Counted from the first letter of the stretch, positions 43,867 through 53,845 are shown. The stretch is DNA of 64,000 bases from Chamaesiphon sp. (GCA_965246715.1 CBDFFH010000020.1:64001-128000); one strand, 5' to 3'. The notes: generated by a model not told the origin, from the letters alone. Numbers and translations: made by a program.

Positions 43867-44520
43867 ATGACATCCGATCGTCACGTTACACTGTTTCATT
43901 CACCAAACACGCGCTCTTCTGGGGCACTGACCCTGCTTAAAGAACTCAATGCTGATTTTGAATTGCACGTCCTCAATCTGAAGGCAAACGAACAGCGTGG
44001 AGCTGAATATCTAGCCATTAATCCAATGGGTAAAGTACCAGCGATAAAACATGGTGATGAATTGATTACTGAGCAGGTAGCTATCTTTTTATACCTTGCG
44101 GATCTGTATCCTGAAGCCAATTTAGCACCCGCGATCGGCGAACCGCTGCGGGGTACATATTTGCGCTGGATGGTCTATTATGGTTCCTGTTTCGAGCCAG
44201 CAATCGTCGATCGAGCGCAAAAAAATGCGCCAGCACCGCCTGCGATGTCGCCTTACAGTGACTACGATACGATGTTGAGTGCGTTGACCGTTGGCGAAGC
44301 CTCTCGGAACGAGAATCGATTATCCCAAGGAGATTACTTTCTGGGCGACAAATTTACTTCCCTAGATGTACTTTGGGGACATGCATTGAATTGGGTGACA
44401 ATGTTTAAGCTGGTACCAATGCTGCCTGTAATTAAAGCCTATATCGATCGGATTAATACTCGCCCATCCGTGGTGTGGACGAGAGCAAAAGATGCTGAAA
44501 TAGCTGCCAGTCAGAGCTAA
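43867..44520 (+). CDS. glutathione S-transferase with 8-aa insert
   Basis: INPMGKVP..ITEQVAI; VGEASRNEN arises from 44291-44314. Confidence 0.92.
   Translation: MTSDRHVTLFHSPNTRSSGALTLLKELNADFELHVLNLKANEQRGAEYLAINPMGKVPAIKHGDELITEQVAIFLYLADLYPEANLAPAIGEPLRGTYLRWMVYYGSCFEPAIVDRAQKNAPAPPAMSPYSDYDTMLSALTVGEASRNENRLSQGDYFLGDKFTSLDVLWGHALNWVTMFKLVPMLPVIKAYIDRINTRPSVVWTRAKDAEIAASQS
44291..44314 (+). repeat. micro-element family A
   Basis: CG^TTGGCGAAGCCTCTCGGAACGAGA^ATCG. Confidence 0.92.
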
Positions 44521-44808
44521 TCGATCGCTAGAGCCGCCAAGTTATCAAAATTTCTGGCGATCTCGCTGGTTTAGGATAATATACAGAAAGTTCCTATGAG
44601 GCATCAGGCTTTGGGTAGATATTCTTGGCAGATATCACCCAAGTTTTCAGGGAATCTGCGGAAACTTTCCGTCTAATAAATAATTCGACTGCTTCGTTTT
44701 ACTAGTTAGGGCGAAGTTTGAAGATAGTTAGTGGTAGACAGGATAGTGTGTGAATCAGGATCTTTTGTTAAGATGTAGCTGATAAAATGTTGACAGCAAT
44801 CGCGGAAT

Positions 44809-45300
44809 ATGGAAGCAGTGAATTTTTTCGTTCCTTCTCAAAGCTATCTTCAACGAGTAGCAGACCTATTTGAAGAGCATCGGAAAAAGATTCTCTACTT
44901 AGTCCCTACAGCGGAAGTAGAGCATATTGGAGCAACGTCAGTACCGGGGCTACTGACAAAGGGGGATTTAGATTTGCAAGTCTCGGTGTCGCCACAGGAG
45001 TTCGATCTAGCTGTTATTCTCTTGCAAACAGAATACTCAGATCATCAACTTGAAAATTGGACTGAATCGTTTGCCAGCTTTAAAGTTGAGAGAGACTCTG
45101 ATATCCCAGTGGGGGTGCAGTTAGTGATTCAAGGTTCAGAAAGCGATATCTTTGTCAAAAGTCGGGAATTGTTGCTTGCACAGGCAGAAAGGGTAGAAGA
45201 ACTCAATCGATTAAAGCAATGTCATTCAGGTGGGGATATGGATACCTACATCAAAAGCAAAGGTGAGTTCTTCACAGTGCTCCTTAAGAATAGTGTATGA
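44809..45300 (+). CDS. GrpB (UPF0157) nucleotidyltransferase-like protein
   Basis: VEHIGATSVPGLLTKGDLD. Confidence 0.88.
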   Translation: MEAVNFFVPSQSYLQRVADLFEEHRKKILYLVPTAEVEHIGATSVPGLLTKGDLDLQVSVSPQEFDLAVILLQTEYSDHQLENWTESFASFKVERDSDIPVGVQLVIQGSESDIFVKSRELLLAQAERVEELNRLKQCHSGGDMDTYIKSKGEFFTVLLKNSV

Positions 45301-45477
45301 AATCGCAGTCGAACAATCCCGTTGCACACCGACCGTTCAACCGCTTGGCGATCGTGCCGGGAACTACGCACTATGACATCTTAGCAACTACAGCAGTTGC
45401 CAATCTTGTCGCTTCTTTCTTAGCTGCACCGCCAGTAATAGAGAACTAGTTCTCCTTAACTCGATCGAGATCGATTC

Positions 45478-45575
45478 GCACGGCAATACCCCGATGACAT
45501 TGAGGGCTATATAGATGGTAAGGATGGATTTATCAAAGAGATCGATAAAAAAGCACGAGTGTGGCGACGACTAGT
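45478..45575 (+). pseudogene. C-terminal remnant of a second GrpB-like gene
   Basis: ARQYPDDIEGYIDGKDGFIKEIDKKA. Confidence 0.6.
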
Positions 45576-45663
45576 CGGTGAATGCGGCGATCGGTTCTAT
45601 CTCCGAGCGATCGAATCTATGGAAAATGTCATGGTAAACCTCCGATCGAATATGTGAGCCGAT

Positions 45664-46314
45664 CTATAATGTTTCTAAGACTTCTGACTTGGGGAATCTG
45701 ACTTTGGCCAGTGTTGCATACTTATCCGCTTCAGACCGATAGCCAGCCGCACAAGCGACAACTGTTGCAAAGCCTCTAGCCGAAAGTCCCAGTACCCGAT
45801 CGTAATTGATAGGTTCGATTCCTTCCATCGGGCAGGTGTCCACACCGAGTAAGGCCGCACTAGTCATAAAGTTTCCCAGTGCGATGTAAGTTTGGCGCGT
45901 TGACCACTGATTGATACTAAAACTGCGCGCGCCATCCACCAAGTCACTAACGATCGTCTGCCGATAACCTGCGAGGGTATCGATACTACCGCCCCGAACT
46001 TCAGCAATACGGTGCATAAACCGATTGACATCCTCAGCAGTGAAATTCTTTTTAATTGCGAACACGACATAATGCGAACAGTCGGTAACTTGCGACTGAT
46101 TCCAAGATAAAGGCTGGAGTTGCTCTTTGAGTTCTGGGCTGGTGATAATTAGAAATTTCCAGGGTTGTAGTCCATAGGAAGATGGCGTTAACACTAGGGC
46201 ATCTTCTAAAGCTGTCCAGATTTCTGGAGCGATCTTCTTGGCTGGATCGAATTGTTTGGTGGCATATCGCCAGTTGAGATGTTCGAGTAAATCTGTCGTA
46301 GTGATGTGCTGCAT
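45664..46314 (-). CDS. NfsB-like nitroreductase
   Basis: WRYATKQFD, PSSYGLQPW, DTCPMEG, KVRF. Confidence 0.93.
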   Translation of the reverse strand: MQHITTTDLLEHLNWRYATKQFDPAKKIAPEIWTALEDALVLTPSSYGLQPWKFLIITSPELKEQLQPLSWNQSQVTDCSHYVVFAIKKNFTAEDVNRFMHRIAEVRGGSIDTLAGYRQTIVSDLVDGARSFSINQWSTRQTYIALGNFMTSAALLGVDTCPMEGIEPINYDRVLGLSARGFATVVACAAGYRSEADKYATLAKVRFPKSEVLETL

Positions 46315-46739
46315 TTGAATATCAGGTTAGAGTTCTGGTGGCGATCGTCAGCATCGGTGTAGACCTCTTTAGATTAACGCAAGCTTAGCTTGGCGATAGT
46401 GTGGCATCTGTAAAATGCTCGATCGCAGTATCCTCACACAACACGCACACCGCAATTAGCCAGGAAGAGAGATCCGGTCGTGGTAGCGTCTGTTGCCCAC
46501 TCATCCATGTTGCTCTCGATCTGCTGGGTGTCTATTTAGCAGCTTCAAATCCTGCTAGTACAATTTTGCCCCGTGCCTTACCGCTTTCTATCAGCGTGTG
46601 AACCTGTTTGAGATTGGCAGCATCAATCGGCGAATACTGCTCTGTCATCGTTGTCCGCAGAATGTCCGCATCGACTAGGCGCGAGACTTCATTGAGGAGT
46701 TTGCCCTGCTCGGCGAGATCGGGGGTATTAAAGATCGAT

Positions 46740-46763
46740 TCTCATTCTGAGAGGCTCCGCCAA
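46740..46763 (-). repeat. micro-element family A
   Basis: CG^TTGGCGGAGCCTCTCAGAATGAGA^ATCG. Confidence 0.92.
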
Positions 46764-47169
46764 CGGGTGAACATTAGTTCCCAATGCACCGATACAGACT
46801 TACGTTTAAATCGGTTGATATCCAGCACAGCCGGATCGTCGATGAGTCCAAACCGCCCTTGGGGTGCGATGAGTTCGGAAATCTCATCGAGATGGCGATC
46901 GGTTTGAGTTGTCGAAAAGACGAATGCAGGTGCGCCCAATCCCAGCTTGGCAACCTGTTCGGCAAGGGGTAAGGTATGGTCGATAATGTGATGTGCGCCC
47001 ATTTCTTTGACCCAAGCTACTGTCTCCGCTCGTGAGGCGGTGGCGATAACGGTCAAATCGGTCAAGGCACGCGCTATTTGGATCGCGATCGAGCCAACAC
47101 CGCCAGCTCCACCAATAATTAGAATTGCTGGAGCAGCTCCAGGTACAGCCTTCTTCACATCTAATCGAT

Positions 47170-47193
47170 TGCCGAAGGCAGGCCAAAGGCCAT
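47170..47193 (-). repeat. micro-element family B
   Basis: CG^ATGGCCTTTGGCCTGCCTTCGGCA^ATCG. Confidence 0.85.
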
Positions 47194-47683
47194 CGAATAA
47201 CATTTCCCAAGCGGTAATCGATGTCAGGGGCAATGCGGCAGCAGCAGCCCAATCTAGTGTCTTCGGTTTCGTACCGACGATCCGCTCGTCCACGAGATGA
47301 TATTCGGCATTGGTACCAGGTCGCCCAATTGCCCCTGCATAAAATACTTCATCCCCAGGTTGAAACAATGTTACCTCCGGCCCAACCGCAGTCACAATCC
47401 CGGCAGCATCCCAACCCAATACTTTCCAGTTTCCCGCTTCCGGTTTGGCACTGAGCCGAACTTTAACATCGACAGGGTTGACAGATATAGCTTTAACCTC
47501 GACGAGCAGATCTCGTCCGGTGGGTGTTGGCGTTGGTAGCTTGATATCGACTAGGGCTTCAGGGCGATCTATGATACCAGGCTGTTGAAAACCAATTGCA
47601 CGCATGTTTGACCTCTTAATGTGCTATTCACCTATGCTAGGTTTTACGATCGGTTAAGTAAAGTACGCACATTTTTTGTACAT

Positions 47684-47701
47684 AGTATCAAAAAGGATAC
47701 T
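47684..47701. promoter_or_regulatory. probable HxlR-type operator palindrome
   Basis: AGTATC-N6-GATACT between the divergent oxidoreductase and HxlR genes. Confidence 0.6.
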
Positions 47702-47705
47702 GTCA

Positions 47706-48082
47706 ATGACTAAAATTCGACATTCTCGGCTCGATTGCAATCCTGGCTGTTCGGTTGAGGCGACGATTAGCTCGATCGAGGCAAGTGGAAATGCGTTATC
47801 TTATTTCATCTATTAAACGGGACATTACGCTTTAACGAACTGCGGCGGCACGTACCCGAAGTCACACAGCGAATGCTGACTAATCAGCTTCGAGAACTGG
47901 AGGTAGATGGGTTAATCGTGCGAAAGGTCTACCCACAAGTTCCGCCCAAAGTAGAGTACAGCATTTCGCCATTGGGACGTAGTTTAGAACCCGTACTTCT
48001 GGGGTTGAAAGATTGGGGGGATGAAAATATTGGTCTGTTTGGTCAACTCGCTAACGAGTCGCCATCTCCGGCAAGCGACTAG
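47706..48082 (+). pseudogene. HxlR family regulator, 1-nt deletion near 47780
   Basis: PGCSVEAT...GKWKCVIL...LRFNEL...LTNQLRELE..PPKVEYS. Confidence 0.88.
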
Positions 48083-48253
48083 CAGCCAACGTTAACTCGA
48101 TCCCTCGATCGTCGATAGTTCAGATGGCGCAGGAATGCGATCGTTTCAATTGCTCGTTACGAGCTTCGATGACATGAAAGCCGAGCGTCGCTTGAGCATA
48201 GATGCTGATTCGACTCGGCTGTCGTGAAATGGTCGCTTAGTATAACCTCTCAG

Positions 48254-49630
48254 TTAGAAACGACAAGCATCAACAAAATTACTCATTCTAGATTGAATAT
48301 CGATAATCTGATCGATCCATTCATTTATAGGTTGTACACTTAAGGGAATTGTGTTGTTTGTAATCGACACAACACACTCATCTCCTAAAACTATTGGAGG
48401 AAGTATCATTGATGTTCTATTGAAGTTTTTTATGGACAAAATATTCTGTCCCCAAACTCCTCTCTCAATTAAATTTTTTCTTCCTACTGAGAGTAAGAGT
48501 CTTAGTCGTTCTGAATATCTCCCCTGTAAAATGCCACTTTCTAACTTTTCTAATTTAGCTTCGACTAAATGCTTAATTTTTTCTAAGTCAGGAAGTCCAG
48601 CATTTTTTAGGGATTCTTGAAGCCACTCTTCAACATGGATATTATCTCGATATTTAGCAGCTTGTGTAGCGATAATAAAAAATGCGAATCCAGGATCTGC
48701 CATATCTTTAAAAGATTGTATTCTTTCACCCCAAACATCATAATCTTTTGGTACATTCAAAGAATGAAATAGCTCTTCAGGTAAATTAAGACAGAGAGTA
48801 GCTAATGCAGAAGAAAATTTATATGCTTCAATAGTTTCGCCGATCCCAATTGAATTAGCTAAACAGTGGGCTGCGACTGAGTAAATTGCTAGTTCAGGGT
48901 TGTATAAATTTTGCAATCTTTCTTTCTCAATTCTAGATTTTTCTACTAGTCTATAATTTTCATCAAGAAATGAAAGCCCCTCTTGTATGACTTGCAACTC
49001 CGCGTATGTAGCTGTAACTTCAGTTAATGAAGTCATACTGAAAGGCACACGAATAATACGTTCATCAGATTTGTAGAACGTAGTGAAAAGAATAGGTCTA
49101 TCTTTTCTAGGCGTACCATCAGCACCAAATTCAACACCAGTAGAATATCTGTAGTGCCAAGTCTTACCAATACAATTATTTAAATTAACATAGTATTTTT
49201 CGGTATAGTAAGTTGAAAGTCTGGCTCTGGCTCTCTCAGAATTAGCACTTACTATTCTATGAAACTCTTGTTCATTTTGATTAGTCCATGCGTTGATGGC
49301 ATTATAAATAAAGATTAACTGCTTTTGCCCCCAGAGAGTAGATGTATGATCTAACCAGTGTGTTAGCTCATGTGTACAGGTAGAATAAAATTTTACTATT
49401 GAATTGTGATTTGCTTGCAGCACATTTTTTTGTGAGTTTAAGTCTTCATTCCTGAAATGATTAATGCTTTTAAAAAGCTGATTAAAAGTTTGCATTTCTA
49501 AATAGTCAAGACAAACTATTTGTGAAAGGTCGTCATAAGATCCGATCGTTTCAAGATTGGCAAATATTCCAAATTTCCTAGCATAATTATTAAGGTTTTG
49601 AACACTTCTTCTGTTTTTAGATTCGACCAT
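48254..49630 (-). CDS. hypothetical AT-rich protein with HExxH motif
   Basis: 458 aa; THELTHWLDH; distal SLTE. Confidence 0.75.
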   Translation of the reverse strand: MVESKNRRSVQNLNNYARKFGIFANLETIGSYDDLSQIVCLDYLEMQTFNQLFKSINHFRNEDLNSQKNVLQANHNSIVKFYSTCTHELTHWLDHTSTLWGQKQLIFIYNAINAWTNQNEQEFHRIVSANSERARARLSTYYTEKYYVNLNNCIGKTWHYRYSTGVEFGADGTPRKDRPILFTTFYKSDERIIRVPFSMTSLTEVTATYAELQVIQEGLSFLDENYRLVEKSRIEKERLQNLYNPELAIYSVAAHCLANSIGIGETIEAYKFSSALATLCLNLPEELFHSLNVPKDYDVWGERIQSFKDMADPGFAFFIIATQAAKYRDNIHVEEWLQESLKNAGLPDLEKIKHLVEAKLEKLESGILQGRYSERLRLLLSVGRKNLIERGVWGQNILSIKNFNRTSMILPPIVLGDECVVSITNNTIPLSVQPINEWIDQIIDIQSRMSNFVDACRF

Positions 49631-50056
49631 AACTAATTTTGCTAATTCTTGGATATATACAACAGCATTTTATCACGCCTGTAAAAACTACCTTATTGCT
49701 TTGCACCTGGAGTTACAGCAAATCTCGATCTTAAATATATTACTAACATCATCCCGTACAGCTAGATATCGATCGCGCCTAATGCAGTCAGAGTAGCTTG
49801 CTGTGCCGCTGTCAATCCGGTTGTGCCCCGAATATTCAGCTTTTCGGACGATCGATCGACTCCGAATGGTTGAGAAAGTAACCCGCGATCGCATTATCGT
49901 GAAAAAGATCACCATCACAACCGCTTAAATTGGTGCTTAACTTCTAATCTTGACTGGTGTAGACCGAGTGTAAATGACAGACTTTTAATAGTCCGCAGAT
50001 CCAGACTCGATTCGGCAGAGCCGACGTTACACGATCGCACACACCCCGGAGAGATT

Positions 50057-51145
50057 ATGAACCTTTGCCAAAGCCTTCGCCATTACGGGCAATCTGTCTG
50101 GCTCGACGATCTCGAACGGAATTTGACGATCGCGGGTCAGTTACAGCGATCGATCGACGATGGATTGCGCGGCTGGCTCTCAAATTTTACGAGCTTAGAA
50201 CAGGCAATTCGATCGGGAGATTACGATCGAGACTTTCAAGCGATCTCGCATTATTCAGATTCAGATCCAACCTCGATCTATGAATATCTGACGATTCAAG
50301 ATATGCAGTTAGCCGCCGATCTGATGAAAGCGGTATACGATCGCACCCATGCTACCGATGGTTTTGTCAACTTAGATTTGTCGCCCTATGTGGCGATCGA
50401 CACTCAGGCAACTTTAGCTGAAGCCAGACGGCTGTGGCAAGCAGTAGGTTGGTCTAATTTAATGCTCAAGATTCCCGCAACTGCGGCTACACTACCAGCG
50501 ATCGAACCACTCATCGCTGAGGGTATCAATGTTAATGTGACCTTACTTTGTTCCCAAATTGTCTACGAACGGGTTGCAGAGGCATATTTGAGGGGTCTAG
50601 AAGCCTTATCGATTGAGGGGAAAGAAGTCAGCAAAGTTGCGAGTGTGGCTAGTTTTTCAATCGGTCGTATAGATGAAGCGGTTGCTAACTTGAAAACCAC
50701 CGCACAGCAACAAGCCTTACGAGAGTCCCTGCTAGGTCGTGTCGGCACCGCTCAAGCAAAGGTCGTATATCGGCAATATCAAGCCATCTATCAAACCGAT
50801 CGCTGGCAGTCGTTAGCGCGGCTGGGGGCGCAACCACAGCGATTGTTATGGGATCTTACCAACATTGATTCGGCTCGATTTTCTGCCCAGCATTACATCG
50901 AATCCCTTGTCGGTGCAGGCACAGTAATAGCACTATCTCCACAGATTATCGAAAATTACGATCGATTCAGCCCGACACAAGCTAGTCTCACCGCCGATGT
51001 CGATCTTGCCCGACAAACGTTAGAGCATCTGGAGCAGATTGTGTCGCTAGAGACGATCGCAGATCGATTACTGGCAGAGGAATTACAACGATCTCAGGAT
51101 GCTTACCAACAATTGTTGGGCACAATTCTCCAACGGAGCAACTGA
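50057..51145 (+). CDS. transaldolase family protein (divergent)
   Basis: GQSVWLDDL, NLMLKIPAT, GINVNVTL, VASVASF. Confidence 0.85.
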   Translation: MNLCQSLRHYGQSVWLDDLERNLTIAGQLQRSIDDGLRGWLSNFTSLEQAIRSGDYDRDFQAISHYSDSDPTSIYEYLTIQDMQLAADLMKAVYDRTHATDGFVNLDLSPYVAIDTQATLAEARRLWQAVGWSNLMLKIPATAATLPAIEPLIAEGINVNVTLLCSQIVYERVAEAYLRGLEALSIEGKEVSKVASVASFSIGRIDEAVANLKTTAQQQALRESLLGRVGTAQAKVVYRQYQAIYQTDRWQSLARLGAQPQRLLWDLTNIDSARFSAQHYIESLVGAGTVIALSPQIIENYDRFSPTQASLTADVDLARQTLEHLEQIVSLETIADRLLAEELQRSQDAYQQLLGTILQRSN

Positions 51146-51171
51146 GCAAAAGTATAAATCAGAAAACCAGT

Positions 51172-52230
51172 CTAACCGAAGGTCGCAGTTACAACAGATG
51201 AAATCGTGCTGATATCCGCCCGATCGATGGCTCTCGCCAGACCAGTAATATTACACATACAGGTTTCACAGTCCATCTCATCGCGGAGAATGCACTTACC
51301 AACGCTGTCACCATTGAAGTTCAAGCTCTCAACTCGGTTAGCCACCGAGCAGTCTGCGGGACTGTGAATGATATGCTCTTCGTCAAACAGAAACTCATTC
51401 ACCGTCGGCTGATTGAAGGGGAATAATTGCCAGCCATACTTCTGAGCTGCTGCCACGATCGCCTGCTTGAGCTGTTGACGCTCGATCGGTGTAAATGCCA
51501 CCGGATCGGTTTTAGAAGCTGCTGTGGTGCCAGAAACCACGATTCCGCGCAGCTTTTCGATGTTGGCAACCAGCCAGTCGATGGTTGCTGAAAATTGGTC
51601 GATCGCCGATCTGGTGAGGGTCAGATGTACATACGCACCTCGTTCAGAGCGATCGATATTCCGCGCGATCGCGGCGGTCATCCCGGTTAATTCTTTGTAG
51701 CGATGACTGGCAAAGAAGCCTAGCGGATCTCTAGCTTGATTATGAGCATCTGGCAACCCATCCAGGCTCACGAAGACGCTGACCGATCGCGGCAATGATG
51801 GCAGCTTAATCGAGCCATTTGTTACTACCCAGACTACTGGAAATAATGCGGCGGCTTGCTCGATCGCTTTGGGTGCGAGTGCAGGTTCTCCGCCCACCAG
51901 CGTGACATGAACGATGCCTTGCTTTTGCAGCCGCTCTAACGTTTCAAATACTTGTGCTTCTTTACGTTCGTGGTCTGGTTTTGATAGCTGTAAGTATCCC
52001 TGTACCCGATCGTGTTGCGTCCATTCTGGTGGGTAAACATAGCAATAGTGACATCCCGCATTACAGCGATCGGTAATTTCGATCGATGCGGCAAATTTGG
52101 TGCTGCTACCCCGCAGTAGATGTGATGCCACAGTTGCGGTTGCCTGCGCGATCGTTACGGTGCGCTGAAGCTTCTCGGTGAGAGAATAAGGCGGTTGATA
52201 AGGCACGAATGTGGGGGTAGACATTTTCAT
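51172..52230 (-). CDS. radical SAM protein
   Basis: CNAGCHYC, GGEP, VTNG, VSLDG; Cys-rich C-terminus CILRDEMDCETCMC. Confidence 0.92.
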   Translation of the reverse strand: MKMSTPTFVPYQPPYSLTEKLQRTVTIAQATATVASHLLRGSSTKFAASIEITDRCNAGCHYCYVYPPEWTQHDRVQGYLQLSKPDHERKEAQVFETLERLQKQGIVHVTLVGGEPALAPKAIEQAAALFPVVWVVTNGSIKLPSLPRSVSVFVSLDGLPDAHNQARDPLGFFASHRYKELTGMTAAIARNIDRSERGAYVHLTLTRSAIDQFSATIDWLVANIEKLRGIVVSGTTAASKTDPVAFTPIERQQLKQAIVAAAQKYGWQLFPFNQPTVNEFLFDEEHIIHSPADCSVANRVESLNFNGDSVGKCILRDEMDCETCMCNITGLARAIDRADISTISSVVTATFG

Positions 52231-52429
52231 TAAAAATGAAGTGCTATCACCTATCGTAGAACATAAGTTATTTTCACGGTCGTTATCCATTGATGCTCAT
52301 GGTAAAATTACATGGAGGAAGGTTTAGATCGCTAATAGAGTAGGAAATTTTATTTTCTACGTTCAAAAATCTCGTTCAAGATCGAATACTTGTATAGCTT
52401 AAAGCTAAAATATTATTCACCCAAGAGCG

Positions 52430-53070
52430 TAGATTTAACAGCTTAGAAGTTATGGGGAAAAGTTCCGCCAGACAAGTAGAAGGTGTTAACGGCCTTTGAA
52501 ACAACTAAGGTCGAAATAGTCTAAGTTTTATGAGAGGCATCAAGCCAGAGCGTTCTTTTCTTATTAACCACTTACAGGTTGTAAACTTCTCTAATTTTGG
52601 TGAGAAATTAGAAGAGGGAGCGGAAGACCATTTATCTATAGTTCGGTCATATTTGTCTCCCCTTTTGACAATAGATTCATCTATAGGCTCAATTCTCATC
52701 AGGCTCTAACTATTAAAAACTCATTTCACATTGTCCTGTGACGTGGCGGCGTTCTTACCCCTTTGCCTGGTGAGCGACTACCATTTAAAGGTCGTAGGTG
52801 CGGAGAATCAATCTGTTAATTCAAGTGGCATTACTGCTACTTGAATTAGTGAGTTTAGCCAATTTCTTCCGAGAGATCGGGGAGATTTTAGTAACTCAGA
52901 GAATCACTAGTAGCGGAAGGTTTTATAGGATATTAATAGATATTACTCTAGTTGTGGAAGCTGCCAGAGGCTATCGAACTAATGAATGCCTTGGTGATAA
53001 AGTCTCTTCGAGACAACTCGTTTAGCCCTTTAGAGTTATGTCAGTAATGTCATGATAATATCTAATGTCC
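52430..53070 (+). ncRNA. candidate large structured non-coding RNA
   Basis: No credible ORF; more than 10 helices including long-range nested stems; G-U pairs work on the + strand; GAGA tetraloop; no CGATCG. Confidence 0.6.
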
Positions 53071-53116
53071 AGATATCGATCGATACCTTTCTCTTTCAAC
53101 CTCAAATTAATTACTG

Positions 53117-53845
53117 ATGGTACAAACTACATTTACAAAGCAGAAAAGGGAACTCGAAAAAGCAGTAGCTTGGATCGAAAAAATTCGCGCTCAAGAAGTG
53201 CGCCAGCGTCGTTATAACGATCGCGATGAATTAGAAGAAGAAATTAGAGAAGCCTATGTAGATCATTCACCCGAAGAAATTGCCCATAAAGCGATCGAGA
53301 TTGTGCGTGAAGTAGTGAGTCAACACGCTGCTCGTCAACAAGCTAATTCAGCAAATCGTGGAACTTTTGCCTGGAGTGGTATTAATGTTGAACTAACCGT
53401 CCCCCAATTACGCACGCTTCAAAGTGCCCATGTGATATTTAGCGAACTGGTTAGAAAATTGCCGCGTCGTAATCCTAAATTAGTATACAATACTTCGATC
53501 GACAATCGCCCAGCATTCGCTCATATCAAGCAGAGACACGAAAAAACAGAAATTCGATATACTCCCTACGAAGAAGAAGCAAGTAATCGAATTCGCACCT
53601 ATGAAGAAAAGCATCAAGTTATCAGTCACTATACACAAAAAATAGAAATTGACTACGGGTTGGAAATCAAAAAGTTAACAGAATTAAATGAGATGGTGGA
53701 CGATCTCGGTACTGCCATTCAAATTGCAATCGATGAAGCTAATACGAAAGGACGTAGCAACGACCCACTTATCGATGATTTAATTCAGAGAATTGGATCG
53801 GTATTACTAGAGAAATTACCTTTAGATTCCTCGATCGATCCTTAA
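53117..53845 (+). CDS. uncharacterised helical-hairpin protein (tentatively DIP1984/DUF7873-like)
   Basis: 242 aa; QQAN...VRKLP...AIDEAN pattern with amphipathic helices. Confidence 0.75.
   Translation: MVQTTFTKQKRELEKAVAWIEKIRAQEVRQRRYNDRDELEEEIREAYVDHSPEEIAHKAIEIVREVVSQHAARQQANSANRGTFAWSGINVELTVPQLRTLQSAHVIFSELVRKLPRRNPKLVYNTSIDNRPAFAHIKQRHEKTEIRYTPYEEEASNRIRTYEEKHQVISHYTQKIEIDYGLEIKKLTELNEMVDDLGTAIQIAIDEANTKGRSNDPLIDDLIQRIGSVLLEKLPLDSSIDP

Larger units (their letters stand above)
46532..47605 (-). pseudogene. zinc-binding ADH-family (quinone) oxidoreductase with two 24-nt inserts, one adding TGA
   Basis: ISVNPVD, GGAGGVGS; the frame continues after the stop as ESIFNTPD...GKARGKIVL. Confidence 0.9.

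Noticed and set aside
46740..46763. In-frame TGA as selenocysteine or programmed readthrough
   Set aside because: The TGA lies within the inserted micro-element, not at a conserved Cys position.
52505..53025. Short ORFs 52505-52699 (-) and 52798-53025 (+)
   Set aside because: No recognisable motifs or convincing RBS; they overlap dense RNA helices and are probably spurious.
52430..53070. Group II intron, omegaRNA or Cas12k tracrRNA identity for the structured region
   Set aside because: No domain-V hairpin or GTGCG 5' end at the boundary, and no adjacent RT, IscB/TnpB or Cas gene.
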